Positions 1-10,172 are shown, numbered from the stretch's first letter. The stretch is 64,000 nt of DNA from Pyrinomonadaceae bacterium (GCA_030841105.1 JAVEDE010000012.1:7079-71078); one strand, 5' to 3'. Program-made: numbers and translations. The notes: generated by a model from the letters alone, not told the origin.

Positions 1-100
1 AACGAGTGACAAGTGACAAGATGGAAGACAAGTTTAAGAAAAGGTTTCTGCTTTAACTTGTCACTCGTCACCTGTCACCTGTCACTGCTTTAGAGAGGTA

Positions 101-1384
101 ATGACGATGAATCGAAGGTTCTTTTTGAAGTCGGGGGGCATCGCGTTGGCGAGCGTCGGGTTGGTGGGCGCGTCGCCGTCGTTTTTGCAGCGCGTGGCGG
201 CGGCGCAGGGGTTGCAGGCGGGCAGCAGCGGCGGGCGTCGCAAAACTCTGATCGCGATCTTTCAGCGCGGCGCGGTGGACGGCCTCAACATGGTCGTGCC
301 GCACGGCGAGAAAAATTATTACGCGCTGCGCCCCTCCATCGCTGTCGCGCAGCCGGGCAAAGGCGCGGCGGGCGAGTCGGCCGTAGACCTCGACGGCTTC
401 TTCGGCCTGCATCCCGCGCTCGCAGGGTTCAAGCCGATGTGGGACGCGAAGCGACTCGCCATCGTCCATGCCGCCGGGTCGCCCGACAACACGCGCTCGC
501 ACTTCGACGCGCAGGACTACATGGAGGCGGGCACGCCCGGCGTCAAGTCCACGCCCGACGGCTGGCTCAATCGTTACTTGCAGGCGCGCCTTGATCCCAA
601 AGCCTCGCCGTTTCGCGGCGTCTCGATGACGCAGAACTTGCCGCGCGTGATGCAGGGTCGCGCGCCCGCGCTCGCCATCTCCAACCTCAACGACTTCTCG
701 ATCCGCGCCGGGCAATCTTCGCAGAGCGTGCAGGGCGGCTTCGAGGACATCTACGAGCAGGCGGCGGGCGACGCGCTTCAAGGCACGGGCAAGGAGACGT
801 TCGAGGCCATCGCCTTTTTGAAACAGGTCAACCCCGCGCAGTACAAACCGGAGAACGGCGCGCAATACCCGCGCACGCAGTTCGGCAACTCTCTGTTGCA
901 GATCGCCCAACTCGTCAAGGCGGGCGTCGGCCTCGAAGTCGCCTTCACGGACGTGGGCGGTTGGGACACGCACGTCAATGAAGGCGGCGCGCGCGGCCAA
1001 CTCGCGTTGCGATTGACTGAATTCGGCAACGGCATCAACGCGCTCTACACAGACCTCGGCGCGCGCCGGATGGACGACGTAGTGATCCTCACGATGTCGG
1101 AGTTCGGCCGCACCGTGCGTGAGAACGGCAACCGCGGCACAGATCACGGCCACGCCAACGCCATGTTCATCATCGGCGGCGCGACGCGCGGCGGCAAAGT
1201 TTACGGCCAGTGGCCGGGACTCGACACAGACAAACTCTACGACGGGCGCGACCTCGCCCTGACGACCGACTTCCGCGACGTGTTCGGCGAAGTCGCGCAG
1301 AAACATCTGGGCAACGCCGACCTCAAAAAAGTCTTCCCCGGTTATGCCACGAGCGCGGCGAAGTTTCGCGGCGTGCTCGGCTAA
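101..1384 (+). CDS. DUF1501-family Tat-exported protein
   Basis: Twin-arginine signal (NRRFFLK); motifs IFQRGAVDGLN, RSHFDAQDYME, GGWDTH, SEFGRT, GTDHG typical of DUF1501. Confidence 0.85.
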   Translation: MTMNRRFFLKSGGIALASVGLVGASPSFLQRVAAAQGLQAGSSGGRRKTLIAIFQRGAVDGLNMVVPHGEKNYYALRPSIAVAQPGKGAAGESAVDLDGFFGLHPALAGFKPMWDAKRLAIVHAAGSPDNTRSHFDAQDYMEAGTPGVKSTPDGWLNRYLQARLDPKASPFRGVSMTQNLPRVMQGRAPALAISNLNDFSIRAGQSSQSVQGGFEDIYEQAAGDALQGTGKETFEAIAFLKQVNPAQYKPENGAQYPRTQFGNSLLQIAQLVKAGVGLEVAFTDVGGWDTHVNEGGARGQLALRLTEFGNGINALYTDLGARRMDDVVILTMSEFGRTVRENGNRGTDHGHANAMFIIGGATRGGKVYGQWPGLDTDKLYDGRDLALTTDFRDVFGEVAQKHLGNADLKKVFPGYATSAAKFRGVLG

Positions 1385-1457
1385 ACAATAGCCGCGAAGC
1401 GGCGGCCGGTAGTAGCTCCGCGCGTCAGGGCGGGAATCAAGTTAAGTTCAAAAGTTT

Positions 1458-1516
1458 GAAGCCCCGTCAGGGTGACACAAGCACGCGTTGCATTGTGTCG
1501 CCCCTGACGGGGCTTC
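1458..1516. repeat. REP-like long inverted repeat / hairpin
   Basis: GAAGCCCCGTCAGGGTGACACAA...TTGTGTCGCCCCTGACGGGGCTTC, near-perfect ~23-bp stem between convergent genes. Confidence 0.7.
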
Positions 1517-1732
1517 GTTATTATCTTTGCGCCTGATCCACGCGCTTAAGCATGGGGCTATTAACTGTCCTCTCTTCGGGGCTACTATCGGTCGCCCCCT
1601 GCGGATACTCTGTGTCGCCGCGGCGAGTTCTTAATATCTCTCGCTTCAAGTTGCCAACGCCGTTTCGACGCAGAAATGGGCAACAAGGGCGAAACGGGCG
1701 GCAAGGGGGAAACATGCGCGACGCTCGTCGTT

Positions 1733-4700
1733 TCAACGGAGCGGCCAGCCGCCGTGCGCTTCAATCGCGGCGTCAATCCCGGACATCAGGCGCATGGTTT
1801 CGGCGAGCGCGGCGAGCAGCCGTTGATAGTGCGCGAGGTCTTCGTAAGCGAGCGCGCGCCCCTTGCGATCCTTGAGCCACTTGTGCGCGACCTGATAGCC
1901 GCCGACGTGGAAGTCCCAGACCTCCTGCGGGACGTTCGCGAAATATTGTTCGTGGTTGATCCAGACGCGCCCCACGCCCTCGCCGCCCTCGCCGTCTGCG
2001 GTGTAACGCAAAGCCTCGACGACGTTCGTGCCGCTCGCGGGAAACGAGGCGAGGTCGGGGGCGCGTTCTTCCAGCAGGTGCAGGCGGACGAGGCGCGCGC
2101 CGTGCGCGCACAGGCGACGGAAGAGTTCGGGCTGCGAGGTGAGCGGAAGACGTGGGAAGTCCGTCTTCAAAAACTCGCCGTAGCGTTCGCGGTAGGCGGG
2201 CGAGTGGAAGACTGCGTACATGTAGGCGAACACGTCTTCGGGGGCGAAGGTGCGCGCTAGGGGGTCGCCCGCGCCGCCGGGGACGAAAGAGAGGCCGAGT
2301 CGCTGCTCTAACTCTGCGACGAACTGCGGCGCGAGGTTCGGGCGACGCCCGCCGGGCGCGTCGCTTGATTCCGCGAAATCAAACAGAGTGGATTTCTTAG
2401 CTTCGTCGTAAAGGTAGAGCGGGAAGAGATAGTTGACTTCTTTCAACGAGACGGTGTGATGTTGGATGAGTTGCGAGGTGCAAAAGACGTGCTCCCAGCC
2501 GCGCCCGATCTCAATCGAGCGCGTGGTGCTGAGACCGAGATTCGCCCCGGCCAGCATGTGACGCATAACTTCCGGGCGCGGCCAATCAACCATCGTCTGC
2601 GTGTAATAAATCCAGCGTTCGTCGAACGGCCGGTAGAGAATTTTCTTCAAGTGCGCTTCGTGATGCTTGTCTGAGGCGATGGCTTTGCGCGCGTCGGGCA
2701 GCTTCCATCCGCGCGAATCTCCGGCTGCGTATTTGGCCGCTCCTTTCCCCGTAAAGTATTTGGCGCGGATGGTCTCGTCGGCGGTGTCGAGGTTGCCGAA
2801 GTCGGCGATGCGTCCGAGCAAAGCGTCGGCTTCGATGTCGGTGACGAAGCCGTCGCGCGCGGTGATGATCCCTGCGGAGTTGACGGGGAAGATGTCCGGC
2901 ACGCGCCAGCCCTGTTCGTACTCGTCGGCATGACCTGACAGCCGCGGCGTGAATAAGTAGAAAGGCGACTGCGGCTGAAACTCGACCCACGGCGTCGTGC
3001 TCAGTTCGTGTTGCCAGAGCCAGTTGTATTTTCCGCCCGTGAGCGTGCGTGCGCCGTCAGCGTTCTCTTCGTAGACTTCACGCGCGCCCCACAGGTGTGC
3101 GTGGCGCATGATGGCGGGCTGCTGGTTCAACTTCTTCTTCGCCGACGCGCGCTTGACGAAGATGCCGATGGCGACGCCCTGCTGGATGGCGAAGACGTTC
3201 TCGTCCTTCGAGCCGTCGGGCGCGCGTTCTTTCTTCTTGCTGTTGCCGTGCAGATCGAGCACGTAGATGTCGTCAAACGTCTCCATCAAACTCCGGCGCA
3301 TCCCGCGAAACGTCGGGTTGTCGAGATAGCCGTGATTGGTAATGAAGGCGAGCACGCCGTAGCCCGTCTCTTCGATGCGCGTTTGCGCGAAGCGTATGAA
3401 CTTAACGTAGTCGTCTTGCAGCCAGTGCTTGCGCTCGCTGAGCGGTTGGCCGTCAACGGTCTTGTAAGCGTCAACCAGTTTAGCCATCCCTTCCGACATG
3501 TTTGCGGAGAGACCGGAATAGGGCGGGTTGCCGAGGATGACCATGACGGGCGCTTCCTGCTTGACGCGGCTCGCGGCGTTGGCTTCCTCGGCCAGCCATT
3601 GCGTGAAGAGCGGCAGGCGGCCGACCTCGTGCCCCTCCGCGAGCGTGTTCGTCAGGTAGACGCGCAGTCGTTCGTCCGTGTTGAACTCGTAGCCCGTCTC
3701 AGCCAGTTGCAGCCCCAGCTTCATGTGCGCCACCGCGTAGGGAGCCATCAGCAACTCGAACCCGCAGAGGCGCGGCAACAGGTGCTCCGAGACGTAGCTC
3801 GACCACATGCCGCGGTTGTTTTCAAATGACTCGTAGATGTGACTCACGACGCCGTGGAGAAACGTGCCCGTGCCCGTCGCCGGATCGAGGATCAAGACTT
3901 TGTGGACTTCGTCCGCGCGCCCGCCACCCGCCGCCTTGAACTTGATCTTGCTTGAGTCGGCCAGCCCGTCGCGCAGGCGGAAGTCGGTCTTCAAAATGTG
4001 ATCTACGCTGCGGACGATGTAAGAGACGACCGGCTCGGGCGTGTAGTAGACGCCGCGCGCTTCGCGCATCGCCGGATCGTAGGCGGCGAGGAAGGTTTCG
4101 TAGAAATGCACCACGGGGTCTTCGCGTCGCGTCGCGCGCCCGAAGTCGCGTAGGATGTCTGCGATCTTCGTGCGGTTCAAGACTTCCGCCAGATCGTCCA
4201 CCGCCCACGCGATGCGCGGGTCTAAGTCAATGCCCGCGATGTGGTCGAACAGCTTGCGTAGGAAGGGGTTTGTCTTCGGCAGGTCGTGCGCGGCGGCGCG
4301 GCGTGTGAAGGGCGCGTCCCCGCGCGCGTTGCAGCGCGCCGCGAAGAGGCCGTAGCAGATGGTCTGCGCGTACATGTCCGCGAACTGCTCCCCGGTGAGA
4401 TCGTGTATGAGCACGTCGCGGAAGCCTTTGAGTTGATTGTGCAGCGGGTCGGGCGTGTCGCCGTTTGTATCTTCGTCGCCGAGCGCGCGCTCGATGGTGT
4501 CGCGGATGAGTCGCGCAACGGCGGCCATGCGCTCGGCCAACTCTTTCGCGCTGTTAACCGTCTCCACACGCGCGTTGAGGAACGCCGACAGCAGTTGCGT
4601 GACGTGCGCCTCGCCTTCGGGTTCGACCCGCAACTTGCCGTTCGCGCCGACGCGCGCGAGCCGCGCCGTCTGCCGCAACTCGTCGCGCACGTACCAGCGA

Positions 4701-5011
4701 AATTCCAGATAGTCCGTCAGGATCAGGTTGCCGAGACTCTCGCGGTAGCGTCTCATCTGCTCGCTCTTCTGTTCGCGTTCGAGCGAGACGCCCACGTCTT
4801 TGGCTTCGATGTAACCGAGCGGCGTCTGCCCGCGCGTGACGATGTAGTCGGGCGCGCCGCACCGCTGCCGCTTCGGCTCGTTGGTCGCCATTACTTTGTC
4901 GTCCAGCGATTCGACGAGAGACTTGAGCGCGGGGCGGTAGGTGTGTTCGGTGGCGTTGCCCGCGAGCAACGCCTGTTCAATCGCTGCGAGATAAGACGAA
5001 ATGGGAGGCAT
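1733..5011 (-). CDS. Single-chain restriction-modification enzyme (N6-adenine MTase with Type ISP-like C-terminal specificity domain, no helicase)
   Basis: N-terminal PD-(D/E)xK motif (PDY...YIEAK); GVYYTP, LDPATGTGTF (motif I), GNPPY (motif IV); C-terminal YRPFD...LKTDFPRLP...VGGYQVAHKWLKDR. Confidence 0.85.
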   Translation of the reverse strand: MPPISSYLAAIEQALLAGNATEHTYRPALKSLVESLDDKVMATNEPKRQRCGAPDYIVTRGQTPLGYIEAKDVGVSLEREQKSEQMRRYRESLGNLILTDYLEFRWYVRDELRQTARLARVGANGKLRVEPEGEAHVTQLLSAFLNARVETVNSAKELAERMAAVARLIRDTIERALGDEDTNGDTPDPLHNQLKGFRDVLIHDLTGEQFADMYAQTICYGLFAARCNARGDAPFTRRAAAHDLPKTNPFLRKLFDHIAGIDLDPRIAWAVDDLAEVLNRTKIADILRDFGRATRREDPVVHFYETFLAAYDPAMREARGVYYTPEPVVSYIVRSVDHILKTDFRLRDGLADSSKIKFKAAGGGRADEVHKVLILDPATGTGTFLHGVVSHIYESFENNRGMWSSYVSEHLLPRLCGFELLMAPYAVAHMKLGLQLAETGYEFNTDERLRVYLTNTLAEGHEVGRLPLFTQWLAEEANAASRVKQEAPVMVILGNPPYSGLSANMSEGMAKLVDAYKTVDGQPLSERKHWLQDDYVKFIRFAQTRIEETGYGVLAFITNHGYLDNPTFRGMRRSLMETFDDIYVLDLHGNSKKKERAPDGSKDENVFAIQQGVAIGIFVKRASAKKKLNQQPAIMRHAHLWGAREVYEENADGARTLTGGKYNWLWQHELSTTPWVEFQPQSPFYLFTPRLSGHADEYEQGWRVPDIFPVNSAGIITARDGFVTDIEADALLGRIADFGNLDTADETIRAKYFTGKGAAKYAAGDSRGWKLPDARKAIASDKHHEAHLKKILYRPFDERWIYYTQTMVDWPRPEVMRHMLAGANLGLSTTRSIEIGRGWEHVFCTSQLIQHHTVSLKEVNYLFPLYLYDEAKKSTLFDFAESSDAPGGRRPNLAPQFVAELEQRLGLSFVPGGAGDPLARTFAPEDVFAYMYAVFHSPAYRERYGEFLKTDFPRLPLTSQPELFRRLCAHGARLVRLHLLEERAPDLASFPASGTNVVEALRYTADGEGGEGVGRVWINHEQYFANVPQEVWDFHVGGYQVAHKWLKDRKGRALAYEDLAHYQRLLAALAETMRLMSGIDAAIEAHGGWPLR

Positions 5012-5241
5012 GTTCTGCTCGTTAATCAGTCTGCGCGAAATCGTGACGGCTGATGTCGGGTTGCGTGGAGAGTATAAACCACGCGCGGGCGTAAGCGCGC
5101 GTTGGTCGTCCGTCAGTCTCGCGCGCTAGTCGTCCCTCAGGGTCGCGCTGGTTGTCCGTCAATCTCCGCTCGCATAAGATGAGTTTCAGACTGACGCGAG
5201 ACGAGTTTGCGATTGACGCCAGACGAGTTTGCGACCGACGC

Positions 5242-6012
5242 GTGGCCGACCTGTTCCAACCGACGATCCTGCGCTACGACGCGCTGCCTTCGACCAACAC
5301 GGAGGCGGCGGGACAGGCCGCGCGCGGCGCGCCCGAAGGCTTGTGCGTCGTGGCGCGCGAGCAGACGCGCGGGCGCGGGCGGCAGGAGCGCGTGTGGGCG
5401 TCGCCGCCCGATGCGGGACTCTATTTCAGCATCGTCCTGCGCCCGCGCCTGAAGCTCGAAGCGTGGCCGCTCCTGACGCTCGCCGCCGCCCTCGCCGTGC
5501 GCGACGCGCTCGCGGAGGCGTGCCGACTTGAGACGGACATCAAGTGGCCGAACGACATCCTCGCCGGGGGGCAGAAACTCTGCGGCATACTTGCCGAGAC
5601 CGTCGAGACCGCGACGGGGCGCGCGTGCGTCCTCGGCATCGGCATCAACTTGAGCGAGCGCGCCTACCCGGAAGAGTTGCGCGAGCGCGCCACGTCGGTC
5701 GAAGCCGCGACGGGCGCGCCGGTTGATCTCGAAGACGTGCTCGCCGCGCTCGTCCGCTGTCTCGCGCGCCGCTACGCGCAACTCCACGCGCCTGCGGGCG
5801 AGGCGTCCGTCGTGCTCGATTGGTCGGCCAACTCCACTTACGCCGAGGGCAAGCGCGTGCGCGTCCACGCCGCGACGGAAGTTTTCGACGGCACGACGCG
5901 CGGCCTTGAGCCGGACGGCGCGTTGCGGGTTCAGACAGCGACGGGCGACTTCAAGATCGTGCGCGCGGGCGACGTGCATGCGCTGCGCGCGGAAACGATG
6001 AACGATCAATGA
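5242..6012 (+). CDS. birA: Biotin--[acetyl-CoA-carboxylase] ligase (no HTH domain); start codon uncertain
   Basis: STN, QTRGRGR, KWPND, KLCGIL, GIGIN motifs. Confidence 0.92.
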   Translation: MADLFQPTILRYDALPSTNTEAAGQAARGAPEGLCVVAREQTRGRGRQERVWASPPDAGLYFSIVLRPRLKLEAWPLLTLAAALAVRDALAEACRLETDIKWPNDILAGGQKLCGILAETVETATGRACVLGIGINLSERAYPEELRERATSVEAATGAPVDLEDVLAALVRCLARRYAQLHAPAGEASVVLDWSANSTYAEGKRVRVHAATEVFDGTTRGLEPDGALRVQTATGDFKIVRAGDVHALRAETMNDQ

Positions 6013-6095
6013 TGAGCGATGAGGTGGGAATGTTGAACGATGAATGATGAAGTGGGAATGTTGAAGGACGAGTGATGAAGTAGGAATGTTGAACG

Positions 6096-7472
6096 ATGAA
6101 TGAACAACAAAGTGCGTCTGCCGCTTCCTCGTGCGCCGTGCCCACCTCGTCGTTTGTCTCAAGGCGCATCGTCCTGTCAACCTTCGGTTCGTTCGGCGAC
6201 ATTCATCCTTACGTCGCGCTCGCATTGGAGTTGAAGGCGCGCGGCCACCGGCCGGTCATCGCCACGTCGGAGATTTACCGTGAGAAGACCGACGCGCTCG
6301 GCCTCGAACTCCATCCGGTGCGCCCGGTCGTGCCGTCTTACGACGAGCCGGATGTGATCGCTCCCCTGATCGAAAAGATGATGGACGCGCGCACGGGGAC
6401 GGAGGAGGTGTTCAAAACTTTCATCATCCCGCACCTGCGCGACACCTACGACGACCTGCTCGCGGCGGTGCGCGGAGCAGACTTGTTCGTGACGCACCCG
6501 CTCACCATTCCGGGGCCGTCGGTGGCCGAACGCACGGGCGTCCGTTGGGTGTCGAGCGTGCTCGCGCCCGGCTCGATGCTCTCGATTTACGACCCTCCCG
6601 TGCCGCCGCAATTCCCCCCGCTTCACCGCGTGATGATGCTCCACCCCGCCGTCGGGCGCGCGTTGATGAGCCTCGGCAAATGGAAGTGGGGCGCGATGTG
6701 GAAGGCGCTCAACCGGCTGCGCGCGGACGTAGGTCTCGCGCCGTCGAACGCGCACCCGCTCTTCGAGGGACAGCACTCGCCGACGCTCGTCCTCGCGCTC
6801 TTCTCGCGCGTGCTGGCCGACCCGCAGCCCGACTGGCCGCCCCGCACGCTCGTCACCGGCTTCCCCTTCTACGACCGGCGCGACCGCGCGGGCGACGACG
6901 TTGACACCGCCTCCGAAGGCAACAACCTCTCGCCCGCGCTCGCAGACTTTCTCGACGCGGGAGAGCCGCCCGTCATCTTCACACTCGGCTCGTCGGCCAT
7001 CTGGGTGGCGAAGGATTTTTACCGCGAGTCAATCGCCGCTGCCCGCGCGCTCGGCCGCCGCGCGCTCTTGCTCATCGGCCACGAACGCAACCGTCCGGCC
7101 GAGCCACTGCCCGCGGGCGTCGCCGCGTTCGAGTACGCGCCTTACGGCGAAGTGCTGCCGCGCGCGTGCGTCGTCGTGCATCAGGGCGGCGTCGGCACGA
7201 CGGGGCAGGCGTTGCGTGCCGGACGCCCCGCGCTCGTCGTCCCTTTCAGCCACGATCAGTTCGACAACGGCGCGCGCGTCGCGCGTCTGGGGTGCGGGCG
7301 CATGCTCGCGCGCGGGCGATACAACGCCGCGAGCGCGACGCGCGAGTTGCGTGCTATCTTGGACAACGAAACTTATCACATGGCCGCGACGGAAATCGGC
7401 CGCCGCGTGCAGGCCGAAGACGGCACGCGCGCCGCCTGCGACGCGATTGAAGAAGTGCTCGGCCGCGCATGA
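6096..7472 (+). CDS. Family 1 (UDP-) glycosyltransferase, rhamnosyl/sterol-glucosyltransferase-like
   Basis: GSFGDIHP N-terminus; HQGGVGTT and HDQFDN C-terminal GT-B motifs. Confidence 0.85.
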   Translation: MNEQQSASAASSCAVPTSSFVSRRIVLSTFGSFGDIHPYVALALELKARGHRPVIATSEIYREKTDALGLELHPVRPVVPSYDEPDVIAPLIEKMMDARTGTEEVFKTFIIPHLRDTYDDLLAAVRGADLFVTHPLTIPGPSVAERTGVRWVSSVLAPGSMLSIYDPPVPPQFPPLHRVMMLHPAVGRALMSLGKWKWGAMWKALNRLRADVGLAPSNAHPLFEGQHSPTLVLALFSRVLADPQPDWPPRTLVTGFPFYDRRDRAGDDVDTASEGNNLSPALADFLDAGEPPVIFTLGSSAIWVAKDFYRESIAAARALGRRALLLIGHERNRPAEPLPAGVAAFEYAPYGEVLPRACVVVHQGGVGTTGQALRAGRPALVVPFSHDQFDNGARVARLGCGRMLARGRYNAASATRELRAILDNETYHMAATEIGRRVQAEDGTRAACDAIEEVLGRA

Positions 7473-7691
7473 TGAAAGGTGCTCGGCCGCGCATGATGCG
7501 ACGTGCCCGGCCGCGCTTGACGCGAGGCGCGCGACGGGTGACGCAGGGTGTGAGTGACGAATGACGCAGCGCATGCGATGAACAACGCGGGACGGGCGTG
7601 ACGAATGATGCGGCGCGTGCGACGAATGACGCCCGGCGCGCGGACGGGCTAATATCTCCCGTCCGGCAAAGGCCGCGAAGGTTGGTGCGCG

Positions 7692-8264
7692 ATGGAACAG
7701 ACGCCTTTCACCACGCTCGAATCCGCGCGACTCGTCCTGCGTCGTTTGTGCGACGCAGACCTCACGCCGCTCGTCGCCTATCTCAACGATCCGCTCGTGG
7801 CGCGTTATCAAACGTGGGAGTCGTACACGGAAGAGGGCGCGCGCGAGTTGATCGAAGGGCAGCAGCATCTCACGCCCGGCGTGCCGGGACGCTGGTTCAA
7901 CTTCGCGCTTGAAGTGAGAGAGACGGGCGCGCTCGCCGGACACGTCGCGCTGTGCGTGCGCGCTGACGACGCGCGACAGGCGGAGATCGGCTTCACGCTC
8001 GCGCGCCCGTTTCAAGGCAAAGGTCTGGCTGCCGAGGCCGCGCGCCGCGTGCTCGCTTACGCGTTCGGAGAACTCCGGCTGCACCGCGTCGTGGCGATCA
8101 CGGACACTGAAAACGCGAGTTCCATCGCGCTCCTCGAACGACTGGGGATGCGTCGGGAAGGGCACTTCATCCAGAACATCCGGTTCAAAGGAAAGTGGGG
8201 CGACGAGTATCAATACGCGATCTTGCGCGATGAATGGACGCGACAGCAGCAGCATGACGAGTGA
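7692..8264 (+). CDS. RimJ/RimL-family GNAT N-acetyltransferase
   Basis: RLVLR, EIGF, FQGKGLAAEA, NASSIALLERLGMRREG. Confidence 0.88.
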   Translation: MEQTPFTTLESARLVLRRLCDADLTPLVAYLNDPLVARYQTWESYTEEGARELIEGQQHLTPGVPGRWFNFALEVRETGALAGHVALCVRADDARQAEIGFTLARPFQGKGLAAEAARRVLAYAFGELRLHRVVAITDTENASSIALLERLGMRREGHFIQNIRFKGKWGDEYQYAILRDEWTRQQQHDE

Positions 8265-8368
8265 CGCCCTCCGCGTCGGTCAACAAGCCGGGCGGTTCAT
8301 CTCGACACTTATTACTTGTCACTTGATTGCTTGTCACTCGTCACTTGTCACTCGTCACTTTTAACAAC

Positions 8369-9151
8369 ATGCTTCTAGTCATTGATGTCGGAAACACCAA
8401 CACTTCGCTCGGCGTCTACGACGGCGAGCGGCTCGTCACGCACTGGCGTCTGACGACCGAGCGCGGGCGCACGGTGGACGAGTACGGCGTGCTCGCGCGC
8501 AACTTGTTCGCGCTGGCGGGGCTGGACTTCAAGGCCATCAACGCGGTCGCCGCCGCTTCGGTCGTGCCGCAGTTGAACTTCACGGTCAAGCGCATGGCCG
8601 AGGAATACTTTCACCTCTCGCCGCTCTTCATAGATCACACCACGCACACAGGGATGGAGATACTCTACCGGCCGCCCTCGGACGTGGGCGCGGATCGCAT
8701 CGTGGACGCCGTGGCCGCGCGCCACAAGTACGGCGCGCCGGTCATCGTCGTGGACTTCGGCACGGCGACCACGTTCAACGCCGTCAACGCGGCCGGACAG
8801 TATCTCGGCGGCGTCATCACGCCCGGCATCCAAATCTCTTCGGACGCACTCTTCGCGCGCGCCGCGCGCCTGCCGCGCGTCGAGATCAAACGACCGCAGG
8901 CCGTCATCGGCGCGACGACGAACGACGCGATCCAGTCGGGTCTCTATTACGGCTACGTCGGCCTCGTGGACGGCATCCTCCGGCGCATGCGCGAGGAACT
9001 CGGCGGCGACGTGCGCGTGGTCGCCACGGGCGGTCTCGCCCCGCTCATCGCCACCGGCTCCGAACTCATCGAAACCGTTGACGACACGCTCACGCTCGAA
9101 GGGCTGAGATTGATCTACGAAGGAACGAAGGAAGTGACGAGTGACAAGTGA
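8369..9151 (+). CDS. coaX: Type III pantothenate kinase
   Basis: IDVGNTN, SVVP, GADR, VDFGTATT, GGVITPG, ATGG motifs. Confidence 0.95.
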   Translation: MLLVIDVGNTNTSLGVYDGERLVTHWRLTTERGRTVDEYGVLARNLFALAGLDFKAINAVAAASVVPQLNFTVKRMAEEYFHLSPLFIDHTTHTGMEILYRPPSDVGADRIVDAVAARHKYGAPVIVVDFGTATTFNAVNAAGQYLGGVITPGIQISSDALFARAARLPRVEIKRPQAVIGATTNDAIQSGLYYGYVGLVDGILRRMREELGGDVRVVATGGLAPLIATGSELIETVDDTLTLEGLRLIYEGTKEVTSDK

Positions 9152-9292
9152 CAAGAGAAGAAAGTCAATCGTGAATCGTCAATCGTGAAGAGAGAAGACC
9201 TGCTTTCTACTATTCACGATTGACGATTTACGATTCACTGCTCTATCTCGTCACTTGTCACTCGTCACTTGTCACTCGTCACTCGTCACTTG
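9134..9292. repeat. Nested inverted heptamer tandem arrays (GTGACRA)n-(AATCGTS)n-spacer-(SACGATT)n-(TYGTCAC)n
   Basis: Directly visible; related arrays at ~4-87, 5995-6105, 8305-8360, 17915-18032, 21900-21990, 26040-26162, 39395-39535. Confidence 0.85.
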
Positions 9293-9297
9293 TTCGC

Positions 9298-10077
9298 ATG
9301 AACTACTTTAATTACTTTACCGAGATCGAAGACGCCTTCAGTCGTCGCAGGGGCAAGCACCTGTTCGTGAGTCCGCTGGACTGGTCTTTGATGGAGACGT
9401 GGAAGGACAGGGGCATTCCTTTGCACATCGTCTTGCGGGGCATCGAGCAGTCGTTCGATTCCTACGAGTCGAAGCCGAGACGGCGTAGTGTGAAGTCGCT
9501 CTTTTACTGTCAGGAAGAGGTCGAGGCGCAGTATGCAGAGTGGCTGGAATCGCGTCTGGGCGCGACCGACGTTGTTACTAACACGACTGACGCGGACTCG
9601 ACGGGAGAGATTGCGGCGAAAGATAAACGCGCCGCTACGGCGGCGACGGGCAACGGCGCGCTGCCGTTCCCGCGCGAAGTGATCGCGGGGCATCTGGCGG
9701 AGGCGCGCGCGCGTTTGGAGCGCGCCCGCGTCGAGCAGGAGTCGCGCGGTGGCGGCGCGGGCGAGTTGTGCGAAGCGCTCACACGCGCCGCCGCGCGGCT
9801 GTCCGAGTTGGAAAAAGATTTCGCGGCGGCTGCGCGCCCGGACGCCGAACAACTCGAAGGCTCGCTCGGCGATCTGGAAAACCTTCTGGATCGCGCCGTG
9901 CGCGCAGACCTGTCGCCCGCTCGACTCGAAGCGCGACGCGCCGAAGCCGCCGCACAACTCGAACCCTATCGCAAGCGCATGGAGCGCGCCGCCTACGAGC
10001 AGACGCTCGACAGCCTGCTCGCCAAACTCCTGCGCGAAGAGTGCGGCCTGCCCCGGCTCAGTTTGTTCTACCTTTGA
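9298..10077 (+). CDS. Hypothetical protein with N-terminal DnaD/DnaB_2-like motif
   Basis: VSPLDWSLMETW...GIPLHIVLRGIE...VKSLFYCQEEVEAQYAEW resembles the DnaD-type helical domain; in-operon position. Confidence 0.6.
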   Translation: MNYFNYFTEIEDAFSRRRGKHLFVSPLDWSLMETWKDRGIPLHIVLRGIEQSFDSYESKPRRRSVKSLFYCQEEVEAQYAEWLESRLGATDVVTNTTDADSTGEIAAKDKRAATAATGNGALPFPREVIAGHLAEARARLERARVEQESRGGGAGELCEALTRAAARLSELEKDFAAAARPDAEQLEGSLGDLENLLDRAVRADLSPARLEARRAEAAAQLEPYRKRMERAAYEQTLDSLLAKLLREECGLPRLSLFYL

Positions 10078-10172
10078 GCGGGGATAAATCTCTGGGCGCA
10101 ACAATGAATCTCTGAGCGCAGCGATAAACTTCTGCGCCGCACAATTAACTCCGAACGAACTCCTGGCACGTG

